DNA of 63,243 nt, filler included, from Chiloscyllium plagiosum (lineage: Eukaryota), in NCBI RefSeq assembly GCF_004010195.1. It is 4 parts of 2 records of this genome, joined end to end, with 100 filler letters (N's around TTAATTAATTAA, not from the genome) between each part and the next. Parts side by side here need not be neighbours in the genome. Positions count along the whole stretch, not along the records: positions 47,443 to 59,894 come from NC_057711.1; positions 59,995 to 63,243 come from NC_057712.1; 2 more parts are not named here. The stretch is one strand, 5' to 3'. A model generated the notes under the pieces. That model searched no databases. It was given only the letters and a program-made list of their open reading frames with translations, and was not told where the DNA came from. How positions within the stretch are numbered: position 1 is the stretch's first letter; each line of letters opens with the position of its first letter. Made by a program: the position numbers and the translations under genes. Shown piece after piece: positions 48,231-60,774 of this stretch.

Positions 48231-49134
48231 CTGAACCCTGTGAAAACCCATCCTGACAAGCTTCCTTTATCTGAACAGTCTGTCTTCTGTTCGTTAGCTA
48301 ATCCTTCATCCTTGCTAGTAACTATTCCCAACAACATTGGTTCATATCTTATTAAGTAACCTTATATGAAACACTGGCAACTCAATATTCAAAAGTATTC
48401 AATGTTCCAGAAAAATAGACAAGAAGTCAAAGGTATCAGTGCAGTTATATAACTTGTGATGTCTGTGTAATAGTAATATGAAATAACTTTAGGTGGAATA
48501 GAAAGTTCTAACAAGGGACTGAAGTAAGAGGTGGGAGTTGTCTGTCGGCCTTAGATATCTAGGTGTAACAATCACATCATAGCAGAATTTTAAAATTCAG
48601 TTTGAGGCAAAATAACTCAGGTTTCAAACCAGTTCCTCAACTTAAATAAGGACAATTGCAGAGGGATACAGAGGTCTGAAGAAAGTTATCTAAAGCAGGC
48701 TGTGAGTATGGACTAAAGGCATGTGCAATAAATGAGCAGTGACGGATGAGCTCAGAGAGGAGGAGGGTCTGACCGGCAGGGGAAGGGGAGAGTTCAAGTC
48801 CAGCATGGGGTCGGGGCAGGGAGGTGGGGGGAACAACCCTCATGGGGAGTGCGAGCCCTTCTCAGGTAAGCCCAGCCTGGAATGTCTACATGCTCATTGC
48901 TAAATAAGGACTTCAATGCTGAACTTTTAACTTCATTTTCTTTATTTTTCAACTTTACATTAAGAAGAAGTGTAATTTAGAACTTTTGTCTTATTTCTTT
49001 CCGTAGATTTTGTACCTAGGTACCTTTATTCCTAAGATGGTACTGGGAATGGTGACTTGGTGCATTTGTCATGTTACTCCTGTATCCCTGTCCTTGAGTG
49101 CATATGACAATAAAACCTATTTCTAATTCCAACG

Positions 49135-49925
49135 ATATACCAAACGCCTTCTTCACTATCCTATCTACCTGAGACTCTGCTTTCAAGAAGCTATGAACCT
49201 GCACTCCAAGGTTTCTTTGTTCAGCAACACTCCCTAGGACCTTACCATTAAGTGTAAGTCCTCCTAAGATTTGCTTTCCTAAAATGCAGTCCCTCACATT
49301 TATGTAAATTAAACTCCATCTGCCACTCCTCAGCCCATTGGCCCATCTGGTAAAGATCCTATTGTACTCTGAGGTAACCTTCTTTGCTGTCCACTATACC
49401 TTCAATTTTTGTGTCATCTGCAAATTTACTAACTATACTTCCTATGTTCACATTCAAATCATTTATATAAATGACAAAAAACAGTGGACCCAACATCGAT
49501 CTTTGTGACACTCCACTGGTCACAGCTTCCAGTCTGAAAAGTAACCCTCCACCACCACCCTGTGTCTTCTACCTTCAAGCCAGTTCTGTATCCAAATGGC
49601 TAGTTCTTCCTGTATTCCATGAGATCTAATCTTGCTAACCACTCTCCCATAAGGAACCTTGTCAAACGCCTTACTAAAATCCATATCAATCACATCTACC
49701 ACTCTATTCTCATCAATCCTTTTTGTTACTTCTTCAGAAAACTCAATCAAGTTTGTGAGACATGATTCCCCATGCACAAAGCCATGTTGACTATCCCTAA
49801 TCAGTCCTTGCCTTTCCATATAGATGTACATCCTGTCGCTCAGGATTCCCTCCAACAACTTGCCCACCACTGATGTCAGGCTCACTGGTCTATAGTTCAC
49901 AGGTTTTTCCTTACCACCCTTCTTA
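49135..49925 (-). mobile_element. HER1-like CR1 LINE RT fragment
   Basis: ORF 49520..49933 NYRPVSLTSVVGK...DFSKAFDKVP; FADD near 49415. Confidence 0.92.
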
Positions 49926-49927
49926 TG

Positions 49928-50220
49928 CAGCACAGTAGTTCAGTGGTTAGCACTGCTGCTGCGCAGCGCCGCGATTCCAGCCTCAGGTGACTGTGTGCAG
50001 TTCGCACATACTCCCCGTGTCTGCGTGGGTTTCTTCCTGGTGCTCCGATTTCCTCCCACAACCCAAAAGATGTGCAGGCTAGGTAATTTGGCAATGCTAA
50101 ATTGCCCATAGTGTTCAGGGATGTGTAGACTATTTGCACAGGTCAGGTGTATATATAGGTTCAGGGAATGGGTCTGGGTGGGTTACTCTTTGAAGGGTCG
50201 ATGTGGACTTGTTGGGCTTT
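49928..50220 (+). mobile_element. Divergent HE1-like V-SINE
   Basis: CAGTGGTTAGCACTGCTGC head, CCCCGTGTCTGCGTGGGTTT core. Confidence 0.8.
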
Positions 50221-50224
50221 ATTC

Positions 50225-51360
50225 AAGTGTAGAGGTCATACACTTGAATAAAGAGAATCAAAAGGCACACTATTACTTAAATGGAGAGAAATTCCTAAAA
50301 AAGTGCATAGCACAGGGATTTGTGTGTTCGTGTGCATGAAACACAAAAGGTTAGCTTGCAGGTGTAGCAAGTAATTCAGAAGGAAAATGGATTTTGGTCT
50401 TTGTTGCTATTGGATTGGAGCTGAAAAATAGGGAATTGTTATGTCACTGTACAAGGTGCTGGTGAGGCTACACCTGGAGTACTGTGTGCAGTTTCAGTCC
50501 CCATATTTATTAAAAGATATACTGGCATTAGTGGCATTTCAAAAGAGAATTCACTCAGCTGGTTCCTGGGATAAAGGGCTGGACTTATCAAGAATGACTA
50601 AACAGGTTATACCTTTATTCATTAAAGTTTAGAAGAATGAGGGTTGATCTCATTGAAACATACAAGGTTCTAAGCAGGCTTATCAGGATAGATACTGAGA
50701 AGACATTTTTTATTCAATCATTGGATGAGGGCATTGCTGGCTGGGCCAGCATTTACTGCCCATCCCTAATTGCCGAGAGGGCAGTTAAGAGATAACCACA
50801 TTACTGTGGGTCTGGAGTCGCATGACAGATTTCCTTCCCTAATGGACATTAGTGAACCAAATGAGTTTTTCCTGACAATTGAAAATGGATTCATAGTCAT
50901 CATTTGACTCCTAATTCCAGATTTTTATTGGATACAATTTCCACCATTTGCCATGGCTGAATTCAAACCCATCTCCCCAGAACATTATCTGGGTCTCTGA
51001 ATTAATAGTCAGTGATAGTACCACTAGGCCATCACCTTCCCATCAGATGCTTCCCCGATTGCAAGTATCTTGAAGGAGTAGCCATGGTTATAGAATGTGG
51101 ACACAGATTTAAAACAGGTGTGAAGGGTGTTCTTCTCTCAGACAGTAGAGGTTTTCTACCCTCAGTGAGTCGTGAAGGCTAGACCACTGAAAATATTTAA
51201 AGAAGTAGATGCATATATTGAAAATGAGAAAGTGGAAAGCTGTAAGGAGCTGACACAGTGAGGAGTAGAGTCCTCGGGCAGATCAGCCATGATTGTACAG
51301 CATGGTGGAGGAGGCTTGAGGGACTGAATGGTCTACTGCTCCTGATTCTTATGTTCTTCC
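50225..51360 (+). mobile_element. Older CR1 LINE 3' part, interrupted by SINE family 2
   Basis: ORF 50441..50632 LYKVLVRLHLEYCVQFQSPY; GATCAGCCATGA tail near 51285. Confidence 0.75.
50710..51040 (-). mobile_element. tRNA-derived SINE family 2, full length
   Basis: Minus head GGAAGGTGATGGCCTAGTGG (A box) ... GGGTTTGAATTC (B box); 3' tail GGGATGGGCAGTAAATGCTGGCCCAGCCAGC shared with LINE family 2. Confidence 0.75.
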
Positions 51361-51877
51361 TTTAACTGCAATGAGTGAGGAACTCTTACTGCAGGACCTT
51401 GATGAGACTGCACCTGGAATATTGTGTGCAGTTTAATCTTCTTATCTATTTGCCTTGGAGGAAGTGCAATGGAGGTTCACCAGGTTGAGGGAGTTTCTGC
51501 CATCGGTGCATTAGTCACAATGAGAGATTGGGTCGGCTGGGCTGTTATTACTTGGAGTTTAAAAGAATGAAAGGGGATCTCATTGAGACATATAAGCAGG
51601 TTGTAGTAGATTGGGTTGGGATATCTGGTTGGCATGGACGAGTTGGATTGAAGGGTCTGTTTCTGCGCTGTACATCTCGATGACTATGACACTATAACTG
51701 GACAGACTGGGTGCAGGGATGATGTATCATCCTTGCCCAGAACAAGTGGTCAAAGGTACAGAGATATTGTAGTCCTTATTGGACTGATATGAGGAGGTGT
51801 TTTCTCATCAGAGGATGGATAACCTGAGGAATCCTCTACCACAGAAGGCTGTGGAGGGCCAGTCACTAAATATATTT

Positions 51878-52062
51878 ATCGTTCTGCTATAATGCACGTT
51901 TCCTCAAAGCAAATTCATTGTAACACGATCAACAAATTGGGGACTCTATTTGTAACACGATTACATTGCCAACACTTTAAGCACTGTTTCTAAAGTGAGA
52001 GTTTCCTATAACAGGGAGTTGCACAAGAACGCAACCATCATGTTGTAGAAGACCTGACTGTA
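51878..52062. mobile_element. Tigger-like MITE fragment
   Basis: Ends ...GACCTGACTG-TA, internal TATAA/TGTAAC-ACG repeats; left TIR incomplete. Confidence 0.4.
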
Positions 52063-52096
52063 TTTTGATGGAGCTGTGATTTATATGCATTTATAT

Positions 52097-53610
52097 GTTG
52101 TTGTGGTTCTGTTTGCCGAGCTGGGAATTTGTGTTGCAGACGTTTCGTCCCCTGTCTGGGTGACATCCTCAGTGCTTGGGAGCCTCCTGTGAAGCGTTTC
52201 TGTGTTGTTTCCTCCGGCATTTATAGTGGTTTGTCTCTGCCGCTTCAGATTGTCAGATCCAGCTGTCCGCTGCAGTGGCCGGTATATTGGGTCCAGGTCG
52301 ATGTGTTTGTTGATAGAAACTGTGGATGAGTGCCATGCCTCTAGGAATTCCCTGGCTGTTCCCTGTTTGGCTTGTCCTATAATAGTAGTGTTGTCCCAGT
52401 CGAACTCATGTTGCTTGTCATCTGTGTGTGTGGCTACTAAGGATAGCTAGTCGTGTCGTTTCATGGCTAGTTGGTGTTCATGGATACGGATCGTTAGCTG
52501 TCTTCCTGTTTGTCCTATGTAGTGTTTTGTGCAGTCCTTGCATGGGATTTTGTACACTACATTGGCTTTGCTCATGTTGGGTATTGGGTCCTTGATTCTG
52601 GTGAGTTGTTGTCTGAGAGTGGCTGTTGGTTTGTGTGCTGTTATGAGTCCTAGTGGTCGCAGTAGTCTGGCTGTCAGTTCGGAAATGCTCCTGATGTATG
52701 GTAGTGTGGCTAGTCCTTTGGGTTGTGGCATGTCCTCATCCATTGCCTTTCCCTTAGGCATCTGTTGATGAAATTGCGAGAGTATCCGTTTTTGGCGAAT
52801 ACCTTGTATAGGTGTTCCCTTTGTGGTGAATTCTACGTTCTGTGTTCTCTGTACCAGCACTTCTAGGACTGGGAGTTGGTTGTCCTTTTCTTCCTCTCGA
52901 GTGAATCTGATTCCTGTGAGTGTGGCGTTGATGATCCGGTGTGTGTTCTCTATTTCTGTGTTTTTAATGATTACAAAGGTGTCATCAACGTATCTGACTC
53001 AGAGTTTGGGTTGAATTTGCGGTAAGATTGTTTGTTCTAATCTTTGCATTACCGCTTCTGCTATGAGTCTAGAGATGGGTGAGCCCATGGGTGTGCCGTT
53101 GATTTGTTCATATATTTGGTTGTTGAATGTGAAGTGTGTTGTGAGGCACAGGTCCAGTAGTTTGAGTATGCCGTCTTTGTTGATAGGTTCAACGTCCTGT
53201 TGTCTGTTCTGTATGTCCAGCAGGTTGGCTATTGTTTCTCTGGCTAGGGTTTCGTCGATAGAGGTGACCAGTGCCGTTACGCCGAATGAGACCATGGTTT
53301 CTTCCTTGTCTATGTGTATATTTCTGATGATGTCCAAGAATTGCTGTGTTGACTGTATAGAGTGTCTGGATCCGCTGATCAGGTGTTTTCAGTTTCTGCA
53401 GCGGACAGCTGGGTCTGACAACCGGAAGTAGCAGAGACAAACCACTACAAATGCCGGAGGAAACAACACAGAAACGCTTCACAGGGGGCTCCCAAGCACT
53501 GAGGATGTCACCTAGACAGGGGACAAAACGTCTGCAACACAAATTCCCAGCTCGGTGAACAGAACCACAACAACGAGCACCTGAGCTACAAATCTTCTCA
53601 CAAACTTTGA
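52097..53610 (-). mobile_element. Penelope-like element family B, RT + GIY-YIG with inverted pLTR
   Basis: ORF 52999..53337 GTPMGSPIS then RYVDD; ORF 52447..52860 VVYKIPCKDCTKHYIGQTGR; 53396-53610 inverted terminal copy; degenerate TSD ATATGCATTTATAT (52083-52096) vs ATACACATTTATAT (53617-53630). Confidence 0.92.
52136..52175 (-). ncRNA. Minimal type I hammerhead ribozyme motif (PLE family B)
   Basis: GCA-CUGAGGA-U-GUCACCC-AGAC-AGGGGAC-GAA-ACGUC-UGC on minus. Confidence 0.75.
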
Positions 53611-53944
53611 GCATTGATACACATTTATATATCGATGTTGTTTGCATCAAGTTTGGGTTCTTGAGTACCTGGGTTGTTTATGTGCGTCTGTCTCTGTGTT
53701 TGGAGTTGACAATTGACTTCTGAGAGAAAACTACAATACTCATAATTCCAGGAGAGACAAATTACCCAGAGTCTGTAAGGAATTACCAAGAAGGCTTGGG
53801 GAGAAGACTTTCCAGATTCAGTGAGTCTGTGCAGAGAGGTATTTGGGAAAGAAGCATGTATGAAGCACCAAAGCAATGAGAGATCTTTCAATAGAGTAAG
53901 ATATGCAAAGCAGCATTTGTGAAAGAAATTGCATAATATTAAAC

Positions 53945-54835
53945 TTCATTTGTGACTCCTCAGGTATTGAAGAAGGATTGCACCTGAAACATCGACTTCT
54001 GCACCTCCTGCTGCCTGGCTTGTTGTGTTCTTCCAGCCTCCTGCCTGTCTCCTCAGGTTTTGAAGCAGTCCATATCTAAATGCAGCAAGACCTGAACAAT
54101 ATCCTTGGACTGAAAACTGGCAAGTACCTTTCACACCACACAAATGCCAGCAATGCCCATCTCCAATAAGAGACAATCTAATCTCCACCCCTTGACATTC
54201 AATGGTGTTAGCATCATTTAATCCTCCCACAATCAATAACCTGGGGGTTACCATTGACCAGAAACTCAACTGAACTCACCGTATAAATACAATGGTTACA
54301 AGAGCAGGTCAGAGGCTATGAATGCTGGAGTAACTTACCTCCTGACTTTCCTGAGCCTGTCCAGCATCTGCAAGGCAAAAGTCAGGAGTGTGACAGAATG
54401 TACCCCACTTGTCTGTGTGAGTACAGCTCCATCAAGAACTTGACACCATCCAGGACAAAGCAGCCCATTTGATTGGCACCACATCCACAAGCATTCATTC
54501 CCTCCACACCGACGCTCAGTAGCAACAGTGTAGAAGTCCACCATAGATTTTTAAACAGCACCTTCCAACCTACAACGATTTCCATCTAGAAGATACATGG
54601 GAACACCACTCCTGCAAGTTCCCCTCCGAGTCACACACCATTCTGACTTGCACCATTCCTTCAGTGACGCTGGGTCAAAATCGTGGAATTCCCTCCCTAA
54701 GGGCATTGCGGGTCAACTTACAGCACATGGACTATCATGTCTCAAGAAGACAGCTCACCATCACCTTCTCAATGACAACTAGAAACAGGCAATAAATGCT
54801 CGTCCAGCTCTTGACACCCATATCCTACCAATGAT
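53945..54835 (+). mobile_element. CR1/L2-group LINE family 2, 3' part
   Basis: LGVTIDQKLN, LDTIQDKAA, GGCAATAAATGC tail; holds an 83-bp PLE-like insert (53966-54048) with CTCCTCAGGT TSD. Confidence 0.8.
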
Positions 54836-55536
54836 TTTTTTAAAAAATTCTCAGGAAAGAGAGTTTAAAGCAATGAAGTTATCTTAGAATAAGAAGTTAT
54901 TATTCATACCAGACACAAATATTGGGATGTAGTTGGGAGAAACAAAGTGATAAGAAAAGAAGTAAAAAGAATCAAAGCTGTGGCAGAGTTCGTATAACAT
55001 TGGGAGGAAACCAAGCCAGGAGCTCAATAATAACTCAGAAAGGGTTATCTACATTTCTAGCGGATGAATTGAAATTTTAATTATGTCAAGCCCATCAAAG
55101 TATTAAAGAAAAGAGAAAAACCTACTCTCTTGAAAGTGAGCTGGGCTGGGTCTTGCTAGAAGTGATGTTCCAGGAATTGCAATAGTGTTTGTAAGCTTTA
55201 CCCTCCTTGGATCATTTCGATTGTGTGTTCAAAAATTGTTGAATCTGCATTTTAAAGGGTCAGCATTTCTTTTCCATTTCCACTGTTAATCAACTTTTGT
55301 TTTATTGTTAAAACACTGACCGTAACTTTGTGCTCATATGTGTGAGTCCAAAATGTTCTTGGTAAGTTTTTTTAAAGAAATTATTATCTATCCACCCAAG
55401 TTCCTGTTAGCGACCTACCTTGTTCAGTATTATCATCAACTGAACATCTGCCCTAGCAATGGGGGGCCCCAATATCATATCATATTTAAGAAAAAAGTAA
55501 ATATATTTCTAAATGCTGAAAGCTATGGAAGGACAG

Positions 55537-55857
55537 TAGATTAGATTAGATTAGATTACTTACAGTGTGGAAACAGGCCCTTCGGCCCAACAAGTCCACA
55601 CCGACCCGCCGAAGCGTAACCCACCCATACCCCTACATTTACCCCTTTACCTAACACTACGGGCAATTTAGCATGGCCAATTCACCTGACTTGCACATCT
55701 TTGGACTGTGGGAGGAAACCGGAGCCCCCGGAGGAAACCCACGCAGACACGGGGAGAACGTGCAAACTCCACACAGTCAGTCGCCTGAGTCGGGAATTGA
55801 ACCCGGGTCTCTGGCGCTGCGAGGCAGCAGTGCTAACCACTGTGCCACCGTGCCGCC
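55537..55857 (-). mobile_element. Young HE1-like V-SINE
   Basis: Near-consensus, CpGs retained, (AATCT)4 tail. Confidence 0.93.
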
Positions 55858-56053
55858 GACAATTTTTTTTTTTTTTCTTTTTCTTTTTTTTTCTGAGACA
55901 CTCCAGACACAAGAGTGAGTTACTGTGTGTTACACACCACCCGGATCAGAGGCACAGTTGGAGAAACCTGGCCCAGTGCTGAAATGCCCCAGGAGAAGCT
56001 ACAGAAACAAGAACTGGCCTATGTCCTTGTACTCAGGACGGGGAGGGAGGTAG

Positions 56054-56284
56054 TGATGGTAATGAGGTCAACCAGGTGGACCTCATAGAAGATGAGTTCC
56101 CTGATTGGAGCTGTTAACCTGTTCCAATCAGGGAGCTCTGGCTGACAGATATAAACAGGAGTGTCAGAGGTTCTGCTCACTCTGAGAGCTGGTTCTGAGG
56201 GAGCTGGAACAGTGTCAAGGACACTCCATTTGTAAATAAAGAGTGATTTGGTGATGGGATAATGGCTTCTGTGGAGTTATTTCA
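56054..56284 (+). mobile_element. Solo-LTR-like repeat, most complete copy
   Basis: CCAATC, GATATAAA, AATAAA, ends TTATTTCA. Confidence 0.6.
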
Positions 56285-56539
56285 CTTCCCTCCATCATAA
56301 GGTCAGAAGTGGGGCTGAATGAGTTACCCATTGCAATATTCCTAGCCTCTGACTAGCTCTTTTAGTCACTGTATTTATCTCACAGTTTCATAGAACATAG
56401 TTTGAGTGTAGTATAGCATTAAGGTGGAGGATCAACCATCATCATGTTAAATGACAGAGAGAGGATTTGATGGTCCAAATGACCTTCTCCTGCTTATACA
56501 TTTTATATAGAGGTTTCTAATTTTTACATAATTTTACAT

Positions 56540-57170
56540 GGAGTGGAATACAAGGCCAGTATTGTCGCCCAATCCTAATTACCCTTGAGAATGTAATGAG
56601 CCTCCTTTTCAATATGGCACAGGAACTTTCACAGTGCTCTGTGGGAGGGAGCCCAAGGATTTTAATTTAGAGACAGAGAAAGAATGGCAATGTGATTCCA
56701 AATCAGTATGGCAATGGTTTGGAGGGGAACTTGCAAGTGATGGTGTTCCAGAATGTGCGCTGCACTTGTCTTTCTAGCTGCTTTCTAGAAATTTGGAAGA
56801 TGCTGATAAGGGAAATGCAATGAATTGTACTTTTTGCATAAAGGAAACACAATGTTGCCACTGTGCATTTCTGGTGGAGGGAGTGAATGTTTAAGATCGT
56901 AGAACCGGTCCCAGTCAGGTGTATTGCTTTATCTTAGCTGGTGTTGAGCTTCTTGAGTGTTTTTGGACTCATTCCATCATGTTCCTGACTTCTGCTTTGT
57001 AGATAGTGGACAGCCTTTGCAGAAAAGGAGAAATTACTTACCCTAGAATTGACAATCTCTTGACCTGCTGCAGTTGGCACAGCATTTGCATGGCTCATGT
57101 AGTTTAGTTTTTGCTTAATGGTAACCCCTAATGTTGGTATGGGGAGTTCAGCAAAATTTATGTCATTGAA
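56540..57170 (-). mobile_element. Old CR1/L2-group LINE family 2 fragment
   Basis: PTLGVTIKQKLNYMSH...TLKKLNT on minus (ORF 56934..57335). Confidence 0.6.
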
Positions 57171-57177
57171 TGCCACA

Positions 57178-57482
57178 GGGTGGCACAGTGGCACAGTGGT
57201 TAGCACTGCTGCCTCACAGCAACAGAGACCCGGTTTCAATTCCCACCTCAGGTGACTGTCTGTGTGGAGTTTGCACGTTCTCCCTGTGTCTGCGTGGGTT
57301 TCCTCCGGGTGCTCTGGTTTCCTCCCACAGTCCAAAAATGTGCAGCTTAGGTGAATTGGCCATGCTGAATTGCCCGTAGAGTTAGGTGTAGGGGAATGGG
57401 TCTGTGTGGGTGCACTTCAGCGGGTCAGTGTGGACTTGTTGGGCCAAAGGGCCTATTTTCACACTGTAAGTAATCTAATCTA
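57178..57482 (+). mobile_element. HE1-like V-SINE
   Basis: Head, V-domain and AATCT tail. Confidence 0.9.
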
Positions 57483-58323
57483 GGGAGAGGACTAGGTTCC
57501 CTCGTGTGGAAATTGACATTGCCTACCACTTACACAGCACACATGTTTCTTGTGGCAGTCAGTATCAGATTTACACTTGTTTAATAACAGTTATTCCTTA
57601 ATTTTTGGATTTTGCACTAGCAAGGTATGGATTTATTGTGTGTCTCAAAGGATTTATTGATTAACTTGTGAGTATTTCTGTAGCAATGGTGATGTCTCTT
57701 AAAAACAGGCTGAGAGAGTGAGAGAGAGAGAGTCTTGGAGACTAATGGAAAGGTGTTTTGGTTAAGAGAGGTTATGAGTGAACAAAGTAATGATGCATCA
57801 ATTAAATGGTTTATTGCATGAGACTTTCAGATATAAGAATCTGGAATATTAGTTGCATTAGGGAAAAGACCCATTGTTTGGGAAAGAAAGGGTTTTTTAT
57901 ATTAGTTTCAGTTAGGGTTCATAGCTGAAATGGGATGTGGAAAACAAGTACACATAAGGAACGGAGAAGATACTTTTGAATTGTCAGAAATAGGTTATCT
58001 TAGTTTAAATAGTTTGATTTAAAAGCTCCATACAATGTCCTGAACGGGTGCTGTGAAGCTTAGAAAATTTAACCTGAGATTTACAATAAATCAGGGAGAG
58101 ACTATCAGATTTGCACAAACAGGAATTGAAGTCACAGCTAAGTCTAACTGTATCTGGGTAAGGAAAGGATTTCTCTCTGGCGTTGGAGTACTTTAATGGA
58201 GTTCTGTTGGGATTAATGGGGTAGTCCATTTACTCTGTGCTTTAGAATTTTTAAACGTGTATTATATGCAAATATTTTGGTTTATTCTATTGTATCAACA
58301 TTTCTATTGTGTAATAGAAATTT

Positions 58324-58677
58324 GGGGCAGCACGGAGGCTCATGGTGAGCACTGCTGCCTCACAGCATCGAGGACTTGGGTTTGATTCCACCCTCGGGTG
58401 ATTGTCTGTGTGGAATTTGCACATTCTCCCCGTGTCTGTATGAATTTCCTCCAGGTGCTCCAGTTTCCTCCTACAGTCCAAAGATGTGCAGGTTAGGTGG
58501 TTTGGCCATGTGAAATTGTCAATAGTGTCCTGCATTGTGCACACTAAATGGGTTAGCCATGGAAAATGTGGGGCTACAGGGATAAGGTAGGGGCATGGGT
58601 CTGGGTGGGATGCTGTTTGGAGTTTCAGTGCAGACTTGATGAGCCAAATGGCCTCTTTCTACACTGTAGGGATTCTT
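58324..58677 (+). mobile_element. Older HE1-like V-SINE
   Basis: Longer variant like 37154-37486; tail CACTGTAGGGATTCT. Confidence 0.82.
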
Positions 58678-59496
58678 TGAATAAAAGCCTTTTTACTTAA
58701 AAACAAATCAACAACATTGTTTGCTTATGATTCACGGAGAGATTACCTTGTTACAACCAAATGAAAACCAGTTTTGATCTATCAAGACAGATTTCAGTCT
58801 GTGATCTGACATTTCCACAACATCAGTTAGGGTCATAATATTTCCACTAATCAGCCCAAACTTGAATGTTAACCAGGTCTTGCTGTATTTGGACATGGAT
58901 TGAATTCAACAGTATTTGAGGAGTCAAAAATGGTGCTAAAGTTCATATAATCATCAGCAAACATCCTCACTTCTGGCCATATAATGGAAGGAATGTCATT
59001 TAATTATTGAATTTGTTCATAGAACGTAAACATCACTGATGAGACCAACACTGGAGAAGATGGTGGTAAACAGTCTCCCTGAAGCATTGCAGTCCTTGGG
59101 GTGTGGGGCCGCCCACAGTGCTGTTACAAAGAATGCTCCAAGACTTTGATCCAGCGATATGAAGGAATAGTCATATTGATCCAAAGATGTTGAGTGGCTT
59201 GGCTGAAAACTTGAAAGTGATGGTGTTCTTCATCATCTGCTGCCCTTGTCCTTCTTTGTGCAAGAGGTTTTAGATATTGAATGTACTGTCAGACAAGCCT
59301 TGGTGAGTCATTATTATCTAATTTCTGTTAACTTCAGTTTTGTTAGGGCTGTTCAAAGCCATACTTGGTCAAGTGCTGCTTCAAGCATCAAAGGCAACAT
59401 TGTTGTTAACCTTGCTTGTCCATCACAGAATCACAAAATTGTTACAATGAGAAGGAAAGCCATTCAGTTTATCATGCTTGCCCTGGTTCTATTACC

Positions 59497-59894
59497 TCAT
59501 AGAGTCATAGAGTCATAGAGATGTACAGCATGGAAACAGACCCTTTGGTCCAACTCATCCATGCCGACCAGATATCCCAACCCAATCTAGTCCCACCTGC
59601 CAGCACCCGGCCCATATCCCTCCAAACACTTCCTATTCATATACCCATCCAAATGCCTCTTAAATGTTGCAATTGTACCAGCCTCCACCACCTCCTCTGG
59701 CAGCGCATTCCATACACGTATCACCCTCTCCGTGAAAATGTTGCCCCTTAGGTCTCTTTTATATCTTTCCCCTCTCACCTTAAACCAATGCCCTCTAGTT
59801 CTGGACTCTCCGACCCCAGGGAAAAGACTTTGTCTATTTATCCTATCCATGCCCCTCATAATTTTGTAAACCTCTATAAGGTCACGCCTCAGCC
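59497..59894 (-). mobile_element. Young HER1-like CR1 3' end, truncated by gap
   Basis: ORF 59587..59859; (CTATGACT)n tail. Confidence 0.92.
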
Positions 59895-59994
59895 NNNNNN
59901 NNNNNNNNNNNNNNNNNNNNNNNNNNNNNNNNNNNNNNTTAATTAATTAANNNNNNNNNNNNNNNNNNNNNNNNNNNNNNNNNNNNNNNNNNNN
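59895..59994. other. Assembly gap with TTAATTAATTAA spacer
   Basis: 44 N + 12 nt + 44 N. Confidence 0.95.
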
Positions 59995-60450
59995 TCTCTC
60001 TCTCTCTTCTCTCTCTCTCTCTTCTCTCTCTTCTCTCTCTCTCTCTTCTCTCTCTCTCTCTTCTCTCTCTCTCTCTTCTCTCTCTCTCTCTTCTCTCTCT
60101 CTCTCTTCTCTCTCTCTCTCTTCTCTCTCTCTCTCTTCTCTCTCTCTCTCTTCTCTCTCTCTCTCTTCTCTCTCTCTCTCTTCTCTCTCTCTCTCTTCTC
60201 TCTCTCTCTCTTCTCTCTCTCTCTCTTCTCTCTCTCTCTCTTCTCTCTCTCTCTCTTCTCTCTCTCTCTCTTCTCTCTCTCTCTCTTCTCTCTCTCTCTC
60301 TTCTCTCTCTCTCTCTTCTCTCTCTCTCTCTTCTCTCTCTCTCTCTTCTCTCTCTCTCTCTTCTCTCTCTCTCTCTTCTCCTTCTTTTTCTTCTCTCTCT
60401 CTCTCTTCTCTCTCTCTCTCTTCTCTCTCTATCTCTCTTCTCTCTCTCCC
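59995..60450 (+). repeat. TC microsatellite with 15-bp higher-order period
   Basis: (TTCTCTCTCTCTCTC)n, nearly pure pyrimidine. Confidence 0.95.
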
Positions 60451-60774
60451 ATTATTTTCTTTACTCATTCATGGGACTTGGATCTGTGTTTCTTTTTGAA
60501 GTTTCTCCCGATCTGAACATCTTTTTGAAGTTTCTCCCGATCTCTGAAATTCTCTGTTTAAGGGTAAGCGGTAAACCTGTTGAGGACTGATGAGAAATTT
60601 TCTTCACCCAGAGCGTGGTGAGCATGCGGAATTCATTCCCACAGAAAGTGGTTGAGACCAAAAAGTTGTGCTTTCAAGACCAAGATAGATACATATTTTG
60701 TGGCTAACAGGGTCAAGGGACATTGGGAGGGGGAGGGGTGGGTGTAGGATTAGGGAATTGAGTTTGATAAAGCG

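Noticed and set aside
2091..58677. tRNA-like sequences with A and B boxes
   Set aside because: They are SINE heads continuous with the V-domain and LINE-like tail, not tRNA genes.
59947..60468. 173-aa EREREE ORF
   Set aside because: Translation of the TC microsatellite running into an N gap; not a gene.
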